DNA of 64,000 nucleotides from the human T2T-CHM13v2.0 reference genome, Homo sapiens. Where the stretch lies: assembly GCF_009914755.1 (NCBI RefSeq), contig NC_060928.1; one strand, written 5' to 3'. The notes under the pieces are model-generated. The model saw only the letters and a list, made by a program, of their open reading frames with translations. It was not told where the DNA came from and ran no database searches. The position numbers and the translations under genes are program-made. Shown one piece after another: positions 12,201-26,400 of the stretch. Each line of letters starts with the position of its first letter. The first letter of the stretch is position 1.

Positions 12201-15200
12201 GAACTTCTTTCTGATGTTTGCATTCAAGTCACAGAATTGAACATTCCTTTTCATAGTGCAGGTTTGAAACACTCTTTCTGTAGTATCTGGAAGTGGACAT
12301 TTCAAGCGCTTTCAGGCCTACGGGGAGAAAGGAAATATCTTCAAATAAAAACTAGACAGAAGCATTCTCAGAAACTTATTTGTGATGTGTGTCCTAAACG
12401 AACACAGTTGAACCTTTGTTTTGATACAGCATTTTGGAAACACTCCTTTTGTAGGATCTGCACGTGGATATTTGGATAGATTTTAAGATTTCGTTGGAAA
12501 CGGGAGTTTCTTCATAGAAACTCAAGACAGATGCATTCTCCGAAACTTCTCTGTGATGTTTGCATTCCACTAATAGAGTTGAAAACTTCCTTTCATAGAG
12601 CAGGTTTGAAACACTCTTTTTGTAATATTTGGAAGTGGACATTTGCAGCGCTTTGAGGCCTATGGTGAAAAAGGAAATATCTTCTCATAAAAACCAGAAA
12701 AAAGCATTCTCAGACACTTCTTTTTGATGTGTGTACTCAAGTAACAGAGTTGAACCTTCCTTTTGACACAGCAGTTTTGAAACAATCTTTTTGTAGAATC
12801 TGCAAGTGGATATTTGGATAGCTTTGAGGATTTCGTTGGAAACGGGATATCTTCATATAAAATCTAGACAGAAGCATTCTCAGAAACTTCTTTGTGCTGT
12901 ATGTCCTCAATTAACAGAGTTAAACCATTGCTTGGATACAGCATTTTGGAAACATTCCTTTAGTAGAATCTGCAAGTTGATATTTAGATAGATTTGAAGA
13001 TTTCGTTGGAAACGGGAATATCTTCATAGAAAATCTAGACGGAAGCATTCTCAGAAACTGCTTTGTGATGTTTCCATTCAAGTCAGAGAGTTGAATATTC
13101 TCTTTTATAGAGCACGTTTGAAACACTCTTTCTGCACTATCTGGAAGTGGACATTTCGAGCGCTTTGAGGCCTATGGTGAAAAAGGAAATATCTTCCCAT
13201 AAAAACTAGACAGAAGCATTCTCAGAAACTTGTTTGTGATGTGTGTATTCAACTAACAGAGTTGAACTTTTGTTTTTACAGAGCCGTTTTAAAACACTCT
13301 TTTTGTGGAATCAGAAAGTGGATATTCGGATGGCTCTGAGGATTTCGTTGGAAGCGGGATTACATATAAAATCTAGAGAGAAGCATTCTCAGGAACTTCT
13401 TTGTGATGTTTGCATTGAAGTCACAGAATTGAACATTCACTTTGATAGAGCAGGTTTGAAACACTCATTCTGTAGTATCTGGAAGTGGACATTTCAAGCG
13501 CTTTCAGGCCTATGGTGAGAAAGGAAATATCTTCGAATAAAAACTAGACAGAAGCATCCTCAGAAACTTATTTGTGATGTGTGTCCTCAACTAACAGAGT
13601 TGAAACTTTGTTTTGATACAGCATTTTGGAAACACTCTTTTTGTAGAATCTGCAGGTGGATATTTGGATAGCTTAGAGGGATTCGTTGGAAAGGGGATAT
13701 CTTCATATAAAATCTAGACAGAAGCATTCTCAGAAACTTATTTGTGATGTGTGTCCTCAACTAACAGAGTTGAACCTTGGTTTTGATACAGCATTTTGGA
13801 AACACTCCTTTTGTAGAATCTGCAGGTGGATATGTGGATAGCTCTGAAGATTTCGTTGGAAACGGGAATTTCTTCATATAAAATCAAACAGAAGCATTCT
13901 GAGAAACTTCTCAGTGGTGTTTGCATTCAGTTCATGGAGTTGAACACTTCCTTTCATAGAGCCGGTTTGAAAAACTCTTTCTGCACTACCTGGAAGAGGA
14001 CATTTCGAGCGCTTTGAGTCCTATGGTGAAAAAGGAAATATCTTCTCATAAAAACCAGAAAGAAGCATTCTCAGAAACTTCTTTGTGTTGTGTGTACTCA
14101 TGTAACAGTGTTGAACCATCCTTTTGACAGAGCAGTTTTGAAACACTCTTTTTGTAGAATCTGCAAGTGGATATTTGGATAGCTTTGAGGATTTCGTTGG
14201 AAACGGGATGACATATAATATCTAGAGAGAAGCATTCTCAGGAACTTCTTTGTGATGTTTGCATTCAAGTCACAGAATTGAACATTCCCTTTCATAGAGC
14301 AGGTTTGAAACACTCTTTCTCTAGTATCTGGAAGTGGGCATTTCAAGCGCTTTCAGGCCTATGGAGAGAAAGGAAATACCTTCAAATAAAAACTAGACAG
14401 AAGCATTCTCAGAAACTTATTTGTGATGTGTGTCCTCAACTAACAGAGTTGAACCTTTGTTTTGATACAGCATTTTGGAAACACTCCTTTTGTAGAATCT
14501 GCAGGTGGATATTTGGATAGCTTTGAAGATTTCGTTGGAAACCGGAATATCTTCATATAAAATCAAGACAGAAGCATTCTCGGAAACATCTCTGTGATGT
14601 TTGCATTCAACTCAGTAGAGTTGAACACTTCCTTTCATAGAGCAGGTTTGAAACACTCTTTCTGCACTACCTGGAAGCGGACATTTCGAGCGCTTTGAGG
14701 CCTATGGTGAAAAAGGAAATATCTTCTCATAAAAACCAGAAAGAAGCATTCTCAGAAACTTCTTTGTGTTGTGTGTACTCAAGTAACAGTGTTGAACCTT
14801 CCTTTTGACACAGCAGTTTTGAAACACTCTTTTGGTAGAATCTGCAAGTGGATATTTGGATAGCTTTGAGGATTTCGTTGGAAACGGGTTATCTTCATAT
14901 AAAATCCAGACAGGAGCATTCTCAGAAACTTCTTTGTGCTGTATGTCCTCAATTCACAGAGCTGAACCTTTGTTTGGATACAGCATTTTGGAGACATTCC
15001 TTTAGTAGAATCTGCAAGTTGATATTTAGATAGCTTTGAAGATTTCGTTGGAAACGGGAATATCTTCATAGAAAATCTAGACGGAAGCATTCTCAGAAAC
15101 TGCTTTGTGATGTTTGCATTCAAGTCACAGAGTTGAATATTCCCTTTTATAGAGTAGGTTTGAAACACTCTTTCGGCACTACCTGGAAGTGGATATTTCG

Positions 15201-16448
15201 AGCTCTTTGAGGCCTATGGTTAAAAGGAAATATCTTCCCATAAAAACTAGACAGAAGCCGTCTCAGAAACTTGTTTGTGATGTGTGTATTCAACTAACAG
15301 AGTTGAACATTTCTGTTACAGAGCAATTTTAAAACACTCTTTTTGTGGAATCTGAAAGTGGATAATTGGATAGCTTTGTGGATTTCGTTGGAAACGGGAT
15401 GACGTATAAAATCTAGAGAGAAGCATTCTCAGGAACTTCTTTCTGATGTTTGCATTCAAGTCACAGAATTGAACATTCCTTTTCATAGTGCAGGTTTGAA
15501 ACACTCTTTCTGTAGTATCTGGAAGTGGACATTTCAAGCGCTTTCAGGCCTACGGGGAGAAAGGAAATATCTTCAAATAAAAACTAGACAGAAGCATTCT
15601 CAGAAACTTATTTGTGATGTGTGTCCTAAACGAACACAGTTGAACCTTTGTTTTGATACAGCATTTTGGAAACACTCCTTTTGTAGGATCTGCAGGTGGA
15701 TATTTGGATAGATTTTAAGATTTCGTTGGAAACGGGAATTTCTTCATAGAAACTCAAGACAGATGCATTCTCCGAAACTTCTCTGTGATGTTTGCATTCC
15801 ACTCATAGAGTTGAAAACTTCCTTTCATAGAGCAGGTTTGAAACACTCTTTTTGTAATATTTGGAAGTGGACATTTGCAGCGCTTTGAGGCCTATGGTGA
15901 AAAAGGAAATATCTTCTCATAAAAACCAGAAAAAAGCATTCTCAGAAACTTCTTTTTGATGTGTGTACTCAAGTAACAGAGTTGAACCTTCCTTTTGACA
16001 CAGCAGTTTTGAAACAATCTTTTTGTAGAATCTGCAAGTGGATATTTGGATAGCTTTGAGGATTTCGTTGGAAACGGGATATCTTCATATAAAATCTAGA
16101 CAGAAGCATTCTCAGAAACTTCTTTGTGCTGTATGTCCTCAATTAACAGAGTTGAACCATTGCTTGGATACAGCATTTTGGAAACATTCCTTTAGTAGAA
16201 TCTGCAAGTTGATATTTAGATAGATTTGAAGATTTCGTTGGAAAAGGGAATATCTCCATAGAAAATCTAGAGGGAAGCATTCTCAGAAACTGCTTTGTGA
16301 TGTTTCCATTCAAGTCACAGAGTTGAATATTCCCTTTTATAGAGCACGTTTGAAACACTCTTTCTGCACTATCTGGAAGTGGACATTTCGAGCGCTTTGA
16401 GGCCTATGGTGAAAAAGGAAATATCTTCCCACAAAAACTAGACAGAAG
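293..16448 (+). repeat. Five canonical 19-mer HOR copies (starts 293, 3524, 6756, 9986, 13217)
   Basis: m1 marker ORF (MYSTN...) at 319, 3550, 6782, 10012, 13243, 16475 gives spacings 3231, 3232, 3230, 3231, 3232. Monomer starts in copy 1: 293, 460, 631, 801, 971, 1142, 1309, 1480, 1651, 1823, 1992, 2163, 2333, 2499, 2670, 2841, 3012, 3182, 3353. Confidence 0.95.
419..435 (+). other. CENP-B box (example, m1: TTTCGTTGGAAGCGGGA)
   Basis: Exact match to YTTCGTTGGAARCGGGA. The core NTTCGNNNNANNCGGGN is normally present in m1, m4, m6, m10, m11, m13, m15, m17 and (polymorphic) m18; it is fixed-degenerate in m3 (AAAGGGG) and m8 (AAACCGG). Confidence 0.95.
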
Positions 16449-18316
16449 CATTCTCAGAAACTTGTTTGTGATGTGTGTATTCAACTAACAGAGTTGAACT
16501 TTTGTTTTTACAGAGCCGTTTTAAAACACTCTTTTTGTGGAATCAGAAAGTGGATATTCGGATGGCTCTGAGGATTTCGTTGGAAGCGGGATTACATATA
16601 AAATCTAGAGAGAAGCATTCTCAGGAACTTCTTTGTGATGTTTGCATTGAAGTCACAGAATTGAACATTCACTTTGATAGAGCAGGTTTGAAACACTCAT
16701 TCTGTAGTATCTGGAAGTGGACATTTCAAGCGCTTTCAGGCCTATGGTGAGAAAGGAAATATCTTCGAATAAAAACTAGACAGAAGCATCCTCAGAAACT
16801 TATTTGTGATGTGTGTCCTCAACTAACAGAGTTGAAACTTTGTTTTGATACAGCATTTTGGAAACACTCTTTTTGTAGAATCTGCAGGTGGATATTTGGA
16901 TAGCTTACAGGGATTCGTTGGAAAGGGGATATCTTCATATAAAATCTAGACAGAAGCATTCTCAGAAACTTATTTGTGATGTGTGTCCTCAACTAACAGA
17001 GTTGAACCTTGGTTTTGATACAGCATTTTGGAAACACTCCTTTTGTAGAATCTGCAGGTGGATATGTGGATAGCTCTGAAGATTTCGTTGGAAACGGGAA
17101 TTTCTTCATATAAAATCAAACAGAAGCATTCTCAGAAACTTCTCAGTGATGTTTGCATTCAGCTCATGGAGTTGAACACTTCCTTTCATAGAGCCGGTTT
17201 GAAACACTCTTTCTGCACTACCTGGAAGAGGACATTTCGAGCGCTTTGAGTCCTATGGTGAAAAAGGAAATATCTTCTCATAAAAACCAGAAAGAAGCAT
17301 TCTCAGAAACTTCTTTGTGTTGTGTGTACTCATGTAACAGTGTTGAACCATCCTTTTGACAGAGCAGTTTTGAAACACTCTTTTTGTAGAATATGCAAGT
17401 GGATATTTGGATAGCTTTGAGGATTTCGTTGGAAACGGGATGACATATAATATCTAGAGAGAAGCATTCTCAGGAACTTCTTTGTGATGTTTGCATTCAA
17501 GTCACAGAATTGAACATTCCCTTTCATAGAGCAGGTTTGAAACACTCTTTCTCTAGTATCTGGAAGTGGGCATTTCAAGCGCTTTCAGGCCTATGGAGAG
17601 AAAGGAAATACCTTCAAATAAAAACTAGACAGAAGCATTCTCAGAAACTTATTTGTGATGTGTGTCCTCAACTAACAGAGTTGAACCTTTGTTTTGATAC
17701 AGCATTTTGGAAACACTCCTTTTGTAGAATCTGCAGGTGGATATTTGGATAACTTTGAAGATTTCGTTGGAAACCGGAATATCTTCATATAAAATCAAGA
17801 CAGAAGCATTCTCGGAAACATCTCTGTGATGTTTGCATTCAACTCAGTAGAGTTGAACACTTCCTTTCATAGAGCCGGTTTGAAACACTCTTTCTGCACT
17901 ACCTGGAAGCGGACATTTCGAGCGCTTTGAGGCCTATGGTGAAAAAGGAAATATCTTCTCATAAAAACCAGAAAGAAGCATTCTCAGAAACTTCTTTGTG
18001 TTGTGTGTACTCAAGTAACAGTGTTGAACCTTCCTTTTGACACAGCAGTTTTGAAACACTCTTTTGGTAGAATCTGCAAGTGGATATTTGGATAGCTTTG
18101 AGGATTTCGTTGGAAACGGGATGACATATAATATCTAGAGAGAAGCATTCTCAGGAACTTCTTTGTGCTGTTTGCATTCAAGTCACAGAATTGAACATTC
18201 CCTTTCATAGAGCAGATTTGAAACACTCTTTCTCTAGTATCTGGAAGTGGGCATTTCAAGCGCTTTCAGGCCTATTGAGAGAAAGGAAATACCTTCAAAT
18301 AAAAACTAGACAGAAG
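16449..18316 (+). repeat. 11-mer variant HOR (1868 bp): m1-m9, m10/m6 hybrid, m7
   Basis: Spacing 16475->18343 = 1868; m10-type CTTTTGGTAG (18061) is followed by m6-type GGGATGACATATAATATC (18118), then m7, then m1. Confidence 0.9.
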
Positions 18317-21300
18317 CATTCTCAGAAACTTGTTTGTGATGTGTGTATTCAACTAACAGAGTTGAACTTTTGTTTTTACAGAGCCGTTTTAACACACTCT
18401 TTTTGTGGAATCAGAAAGTGGATATTCGGATGGCTCTGAGGATTTCGTTGGAAGCGGGATTACATATAAAATCTAGAGAGAAGCATTCTCAGGAACTTCT
18501 TTGTGATGTTTGCATTGAAGTCACAGAATTGAACATTCACTTTGATAGAGCAGGTTTGAAACACTCATTCTGTAGTATCTGGAAGTGGACATTTCAAGCG
18601 CTTTCAGGCCTATGGTGAGAAAGGAAATATCTTCGAATAAAAACTAGACAGAAGCATCCTCAGAAACTTATTTGTGATGTGTGTCCTCAACTAACAGAGT
18701 TGAAACTTTGTTTTGATACAGCATTTTGGAAACACTCTTTTTGTAGAATCTGCAGGTGGATATTTGGATAGCTTAGAGGGATTCGTTGGAAAGGGGATAT
18801 CTTCATATAAAATCTAGACAGAAGCATTCTCAGAAACTTATTTGTGATGTGTGTCCTCAACTAACAGAGTTGAACCTTGGTTTTGATACAGCATTTTGGA
18901 AACACTCCTTTTGTAGAATCTGCAGGTGGATATGTGGATAGCTCTGAAGATTTCGTTGGAAACGGGAATTTCTTCATATAAAATCAAACAGAAGCATTCT
19001 CAGAAACTTCTCAGTGATGTTTGCATTCAGCTCATGGAGTTGAACACTTCCTTTCATAGAGCCGGTTTGAAACACTCTTTCTGCACTACCTGGAAGAGGA
19101 CATTTCGAGCGCTTTGAGTCCTATGGTGAAAAAGGAAATATCTTCTCATAAAAACCAGAAAGAAGCATTCTCAGAAACTTCTTTGTGTTGTGTGTACTCA
19201 TGTAACAGTGTTGAACCATCCTTTTGACAGAGCAGTTTTGAAACACTCTTTTTGTAGAATCTGCAAGTGGATATTTGGATAGCTTTGAGGATTTCGCTGG
19301 AAACGGGATGACATATAATATCTAGAGAGAAGCATTCTCAGGAACTTCTTTGTGATGTTTGCATTCAAGTCACAGAATTGAACATTCCCTTTCATAGAGC
19401 AGGTTTGAAACACTCTTTCTCTAGTATCTGGAAGTGGGCATTTCAAGCGCTTTCAGGCCTATGGAGAGAAAGGAAATACCTTCAAATAAAAACTAGACAG
19501 AAGCATTCTCAGAAACTTATTTGTGATGTGTGTCCTCAACTAACAGAGTTGAACCTTTTTTTTGATACAGCATTTTGGAAACACTCCTTTTGTAGAATCT
19601 GCAGGTGGATATTTGGATAGCTTTGAAGATTTCGTTGGAAACCGGAATATCTTCATATAAAATCAAGACAGAAGCATTCTCGGAAACATCTCTGTGATGT
19701 TTGCATTCAACTCAGTAGAGTTGAACACTTCCTTTCATAGAGCAGGTTTGAAACACTCTTTCTGCACTACCTGGAAGCGGACATTTCGAGCGCTTTGAGG
19801 CCTATGGTGAAAAAGGAAATATCTTCTCATAAAAACCAGAAAGAAGCATTCTCAGAAACTTCTTTGTGTTGTGTGTACTCAAGTAACAGTGTTGAACCTT
19901 CCTTTTGACACAGCAGTTTTGAAACACTCTTTTGGTAGAATCTGCAAGTGGATATTTGGATAGCTTTGAGGATTTCGTTGGAAACGGGTTATCTTCATAT
20001 AAAATCCAGACAGGAGCATTCTCAGAAACTTCTTTGTGCTGTATGTCCTCAATTCACAGAGCTGAACCTTTGTTTGGATACAGCATTTTGGAGACATTCC
20101 TTTAGTAGAATCTGCAAGTTGATATTTAGATAGCTTTGAAGATTTCGTTGGAAACGGGAATATCTCCATAGAAAATCTAGACGGAAGCATTCTCAGAAAC
20201 TGCTTTGTGATGTTTGCATTCAAGTCACAGAGTTGAATATTCCCTTTTATAGAGTAGGTTTGAAACACTCTTTCGGCACTACCTGGAAGTGGATATTTCG
20301 AGCTCTTTGAGGCCTATGGTTAAAAGGAAATATCTTCCCATAAAAACTAGACAGAAGCCGTCTCAGAAACTTGTTTGTGATGTGTGTATTCAACTAACAG
20401 AGTTGAACATTTCTGTTACAGAGCAATTTTAAAACACTCTTTTTGTGGAATCTGAAAGTGGATAATTGGATAGCTTTGTGGATTTTGTTGGAAACGGGAT
20501 GACGTATAAAATCTAGAGAGAAGCATTCTCAGGAACTTCTTTCTGATGTTTGCATTCAAGTCACAGAATTGAACATTCCTTTTCATAGTGCAGGTTTGAA
20601 ACACTCTTTCTGTAGTATCTGGAAGTGGACATTTCAAGCGCTTTCAGGCCTACGGGGAGAAAGGAAATATCTTCAAATAAAAACTAGACAGAAGCATTCT
20701 CAGAAACTTATTTGTGATGTGTGTCCTAAACGAACACAGTTGAACCTTTGTTTTGATACAGCATTTTGGAAACACTCCTTTTGTAGGATCTGCAGGTGGA
20801 TATTTGGATAGATTTTAAGATTTCGTTGGAAACGGGAATTTCTTCATAGAAACTCAAGACAGATGCATTCTCCGAAACTTCTCTGTGATGTTTGCATTCC
20901 ACTCATAGAGTTGAAAACTTCCTTTCATAGAGCAGGTTTGAAACACTCTTTTTGTAATATTTGGAAGTGGACATTTGCAGCGCTTTGAGGCCTATGGTGA
21001 AAAAGGAAATATCTTCTCATAAAAACCAGAAAAAAGCATTCTCAGAAACTTCTTTTTGATGTGTGTACTCAAGTAACAGAGTTGAACCTTCCTTTTGACA
21101 CAGCAGTTTTGAAACAATCTTTTTGTAGAATCTGCAAGTGGATATTTGGATAGCTTTGAGGATTTCGTTGGAAACGGGATATCTTCATATAAAATCTAGA
21201 CAGAAGCATTCTCAGAAACTTCTTTGTGCTGTATGTCCTCAATTAACAGAGTTGAACCATTGCTTGGATACAGCATTTTGGAAACATTCCTTTAGTAGAA

Positions 21301-21548
21301 TCTGCAAGTTGATATTTAGATAGATTTGAAGATTTCGTTGGAAAAGGGAATATCTCCATAGAAAATCTAGAGGGAAGCATTCTCAGAAACTGCTTTGTGA
21401 TGTTTCCATTCAAGTCACAGAGTTGAATATTCCCTTTTATAGAGCACGTTTGAAACACTCTTTCTGCACTATCTGGAAGTGGACATTTCGAGCGCTTTGA
21501 GGCCTATGGTGAAAAAGGAAATATCTTCCCACAAAAACTAGACAGAAG
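18317..21548 (+). repeat. Canonical 19-mer HOR copy
   Basis: Spacing 18343->21575 = 3232. Confidence 0.95.
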
Positions 21549-23416
21549 CATTCTCAGAAACTTGTTTGTGATGTGTGTATTCAACTAACAGAGTTGAACT
21601 TTTGTTTTTACAGAGCCGTTTTAAAACACTCTTTTTGTGGAATCAGAAAGTGGATATTCGGATGGCTCTGAGGATTTCGTTGGAAGCGGGATTACATATA
21701 AAATCTAGAGAGAAGCATTCTCAGGAACTTCTTTGTGATGTTTGCATTGAAGTCACAGAATTGAACATTCACTTTGATAGAGCAGGTTTGAAACACTCAT
21801 TCTGTAGTATCTGGAAGTGGACATTTCAAGCGCTTTCAGGCCTATGGTGAGAAAGGAAATATCTTCGAATAAAAACTAGACAGAAGCATCCTCAGAAACT
21901 TATTTGTGATGTGTGTCCTCAACTAACAGAGTTGAAACTTTGTTTTGATACAGCATTTTGGAAACACTCTTTTTGTAGAATCTGCAGGTGGATATTTGGA
22001 TAGCTTAGAGGGATTCGTTGGAAAGGGGATATCTTCATATAAAATCTAGACAGAAGCATTCTCAGAAACTTATTTGTGATGTGTGTCCTCAACTAACAGA
22101 GTTGAACCTTGGTTTTGATACAGCATTTTGGAAACACTCCTTTTGTAGAATCTGCAGGTGGATATGTGGATAGCTCTGAAGATTTCGTTGGAAACGGGAA
22201 TTTCTTCATATAAAATCAAACAGAAGCATTCTCAGAAACTTCTCAGTGATGTTTGCATTCAGCTCATGGAGTTGAACACTTCCTTTCATAGAGCCGGTTT
22301 GAAACACTCTTTCTGCACTACCTGGAAGAGGACATTTCGAGCGCTTTGAGTCCTATGGTGAAAAAGGAAATATCTTCTCATAAAAACCAGAAAGAAGCAT
22401 TCTCAGAAACTTCTTTGTGTTGTGTGTACTCATGTAACAGTGTTGAACCATCCTTTTGACAGAGCAGTTTTGAAACACTCTTTTTGTAGAATCTGCAAGT
22501 GGATATTTGGATAGCTTTGAGGATTTCGTTGGAAACGGGATGACATATAATATCTAGAGAGAAGCATTCTCAGGAACTTCTTTGTGATGTTTGCATTCAA
22601 GTCACAGAATTGAACATTCCCTTTCATAGAGCAGGTTTGAAACACTCTTTCTCTAGTATCTGGAAGTGGGCATTTCAAGCGCTTTCAGGCCTATGGAGAG
22701 AAAGGAAATACCTTCAAATAAAAACTAGACAGAAGCATTCTCAGAAACTTATTTGTGATGTGTGTCCTCAACTAACAGAGTTGAACCTTTGTTTTGATAC
22801 AGCATTTTGGAAACACTCCTTTTGTAGAATCTGCAGGTGGATATTTGGATAACTTTGAAGATTTCGTTGGAAACCGGAATATCTTCATATAAAATCAAGA
22901 CAGAAGCATTCTCGGAAACATCTCTGTGATGTTTGCATTCAACTCAGTAGAGTTGAACACTTCCTTTCATAGAGCCGGTTTGAAACACTCTTTCTGCACT
23001 ACCTGGAAGCGGACATTTCGAGCGCTTTGAGGCCTATGGTGAAAAAGGAAATATCTTCTCATAAAAACCAGAAAGAAGCATTCTCAGAAACTTCTTTGTG
23101 TTGTGTGTACTCAAGTAACAGTGTTGAACCTTCCTTTTGACACAGCAGTTTTGAAACACTCTTTTGGTAGAATCTGCAAGTGGATATTTGGATAGCTTTG
23201 AGGATTTCGTTGGAAACGGGATGACATATAATATCTAGAGAGAAGCATTCTCAGGAACTTCTTTGTGCTGTTTGCATTCAAGTCACAGAATTGAACATTC
23301 CCTTTCATAGAGCAGATTTGAAACACTCTTTCTCTAGTATCTGGAAGTGGGCATTTCAAGCGCTTTCAGGCCTATTGAGAGAAAGGAAATACCTTCAAAT
23401 AAAAACTAGACAGAAG
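21549..23416 (+). repeat. Second 11-mer variant HOR (1868 bp)
   Basis: Spacing 21575->23443 = 1868; same junctions and private SNVs as 16449-18316. Confidence 0.9.
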
Positions 23417-26400
23417 CATTCTCAGAAACTTGTTTGTGATGTGTGTATTCAACTAACAGAGTTGAACTTTTGTTTTTACAGAGCCGTTTTAACACACTCT
23501 TTTTGTGGAATCAGAAAGTGGATATTCGGATGGCTCTGAGGATTTCGTTGGAAGCGGGATTACATATAAAATCTAGAGAGAAGCATTCTCAGGAACTTCT
23601 TTGTGATGTTTGCATTGAAGTCACAGAATTGAACATTCACTTTGATAGAGCAGGTTTGAAACACTCATTCTGTAGTATCTGGAAGTGGACATTTCAAGCG
23701 CTTTCAGGCCTATGGTGAGAAAGGAAATATCTTCGAATAAAAACTAGACAGAAGCATCCTCAGAAACTTATTTGTGATGTGTGTCCTCAACTAACAGAGT
23801 TGAAACTTTGTTTTGATACAGCATTTTGGAAACACTCTTTTTGTAGAATCTGCAGGTGGATATTTGGATAGCTTAGAGGGATTCGTTGGAAAGGGGATAT
23901 CTTCATATAAAATCTAGACAGAAGCATTCTCAGAAACTTATTTGTGATGTGTGTCCTCAACTAACAGAGTTGAACCTTGGTTTTGATACAGCATTTTGGA
24001 AACACTCCTTTTGTAGAATCTGCAGGTGGATATGTGGATAGCTCTGAAGATTTCGTTGGAAACGGGAATTTCTTCATATAAAATCAAACAGAAGCATTCT
24101 CAGAAACTTCTCAGTGATGTTTGCATTCAGCTCATGGAGTTGAACACTTCCTTTCATAGAGCCGGTTTGAAACACTCTTTCTGCACTACCTGGAAGAGGA
24201 CATTTCGAGCGCTTTGAGTCCTATGGTGAAAAAGGAAATATCTTCTCATAAAAACCAGAAAGAAGCATTCTCAGAAACTTCTTTGTGTTGTGTGTACTCA
24301 TGTAACAGTGTTGAACCATCCTTTTGACAGAGCAGTTTTGAAACACTCTTTTTGTAGAATCTGCAAGTGGATATTTGGATAGCTTTGAGGATTTCGTTGG
24401 AAACGGGATGACATATAATATCTAGAGAGAAGCATACTCAGGAACTTCTTTGTGATGTTTGCATTCAAGTCACAGAATTGAACATTCCCTTTCATAGAGC
24501 AGGTTTGAAACACTCTTTCTCTAGTATCTGGAAGTGGGCATTTCAAGCGCTTTCAGGCCTATGGAGAGAAAGGAAATACCTTCAAATAAAAACTAGACAG
24601 AAGCATTCTCAGAAACTTATTTGTGATGTGTGTCCTCAACTAACAGAGTTGAACCTTTGTTTTGATACAGCATTTTGGAAACACTCCTTTTGTAGAATCT
24701 GCAGGTGGATATTTGGATAACTTTGAAGATTTCGTTGGAAACCGGAATATCTTCATATAAAATCAAGACAGAAGCATTCTCGGAAACATCTCTGTGATGT
24801 TTGCATTCAACTCAGTAGAGTTGAACACTTCCTTTCATAGAGCCGGTTTGAAACACTCTTTCTGCACTACCTGGAAGCGGACATTTCGAGCGCTTTGAGG
24901 CCTATGGTGAAAAAGGAAATATCTTCTCATAAAAACCAGAAAGAAGCATTCTCAGAAACTTCTTTGTGTTGTGTGTACTCAAGTAACAGTGTTGAACCTT
25001 CCTTTTGACACAGCAGTTTTGAAACACTCTTTTGGTAGAATCTGCAAGTGGATATTTGGATAGCTTTGAGGATTTCGTTGGAAACGGGTTATCTTCATAT
25101 AAAATCCAGACAGGAGCATTCTCAGAAACTTCTTTGTGCTGCATGTCCTCAATTCACAGAGCTGAACCTTTGTTTGGATACAGCATTTTGGAAACATTCC
25201 TTTAGTAGAATCTGCAAGTTGATATTTAGATAGCTTTGAAGATTTCGTTGGAAACGGGAATATCTTCATAGAAAATCTAGACGGAAGCATTCTCAGAAAC
25301 TGCTTTGTGATGTTTACATTCAAGTCACAGAGTTGAATATTCCCTTTTATAGAGTAGGTTTGAAACACTCTTTCGGCACTACCTGGAAGTGGATATTTCG
25401 AGCTCTTTGAGGCCTATGGTTAAAAGGAAATATCTTCCCATAAAAACTAGACAGAAGCCGTCTCAGAAACTTGTTTGTGATGTGTGTATTCAACTAACAG
25501 AGTTGAACATTTCTGTTACAGAGCAATTTTAAAACACTCTTTTTGTGGAATCTGAAAGTGGATAATTGGATAGCTTTGTGGATTTCGTTGGAAACGGGAT
25601 GACGTATAAAATCTAGAGAGAAGCATTCTCAGGAACTTCTTTCTGATGTTTGCATTCAAGTCACAGAATTGAACATTCCTTTTCATAGTGCAGGTTTGAA
25701 ACACTCTTTCTGTAGTATCTGGAAGTGGACATTTCAAGCGCTTTCAGGCCTACGGGGAGAAAGGAAATATCTTCAAATAAAAACTAGACAGAAGGATTCT
25801 CAGAAACTTATTTGTGATGTGTGTCCTAAACGAACACAGTTGAACCTTTGTTTTGATACAGCATTTTGGAAACACTCCTTTTGTAGGATCTGCAGGTGGA
25901 TATTTGGATAGATTTTAAGATTTCGTTGGAAACGGGAGTTTCTTCATAGAAACTCAAGACAGATGCATTCTCAGAAACATCTCTGTGATGTTTGCATTCC
26001 ACTCATAGAGTTGAAAACTTCCTTTCATAGAGCAGGTTTGAAACACTCTTTTTGTAATATTTGGAAGTGGACATTTGCAGCGCTTTGAGGCCTATGGTGA
26101 AAAAGGAAATATCTTCTCATAAAAACCAGAAACAAGCATTCTCAGAAACTTCTTTTTGATGTGTGTACTCAAGTAACAGAGTTGAACCTTCCTTTTGACA
26201 CAGCAGTTTTGAAACAATCTTTTTGTAGAATCTGCAAGTGGATATTTGGATAGCTTTGAGGATTTCGTTGGAAACGGGATATCTTCATATAAAATCTAGA
26301 CAGAAGCATTCTCAGAAACTTCTTTGTGCTGTATGTCCTCAATTAACAGAGTTGAACCATTGCTTGGATACAGCATTTTGGAAACATTCCTTTAGTAGAA

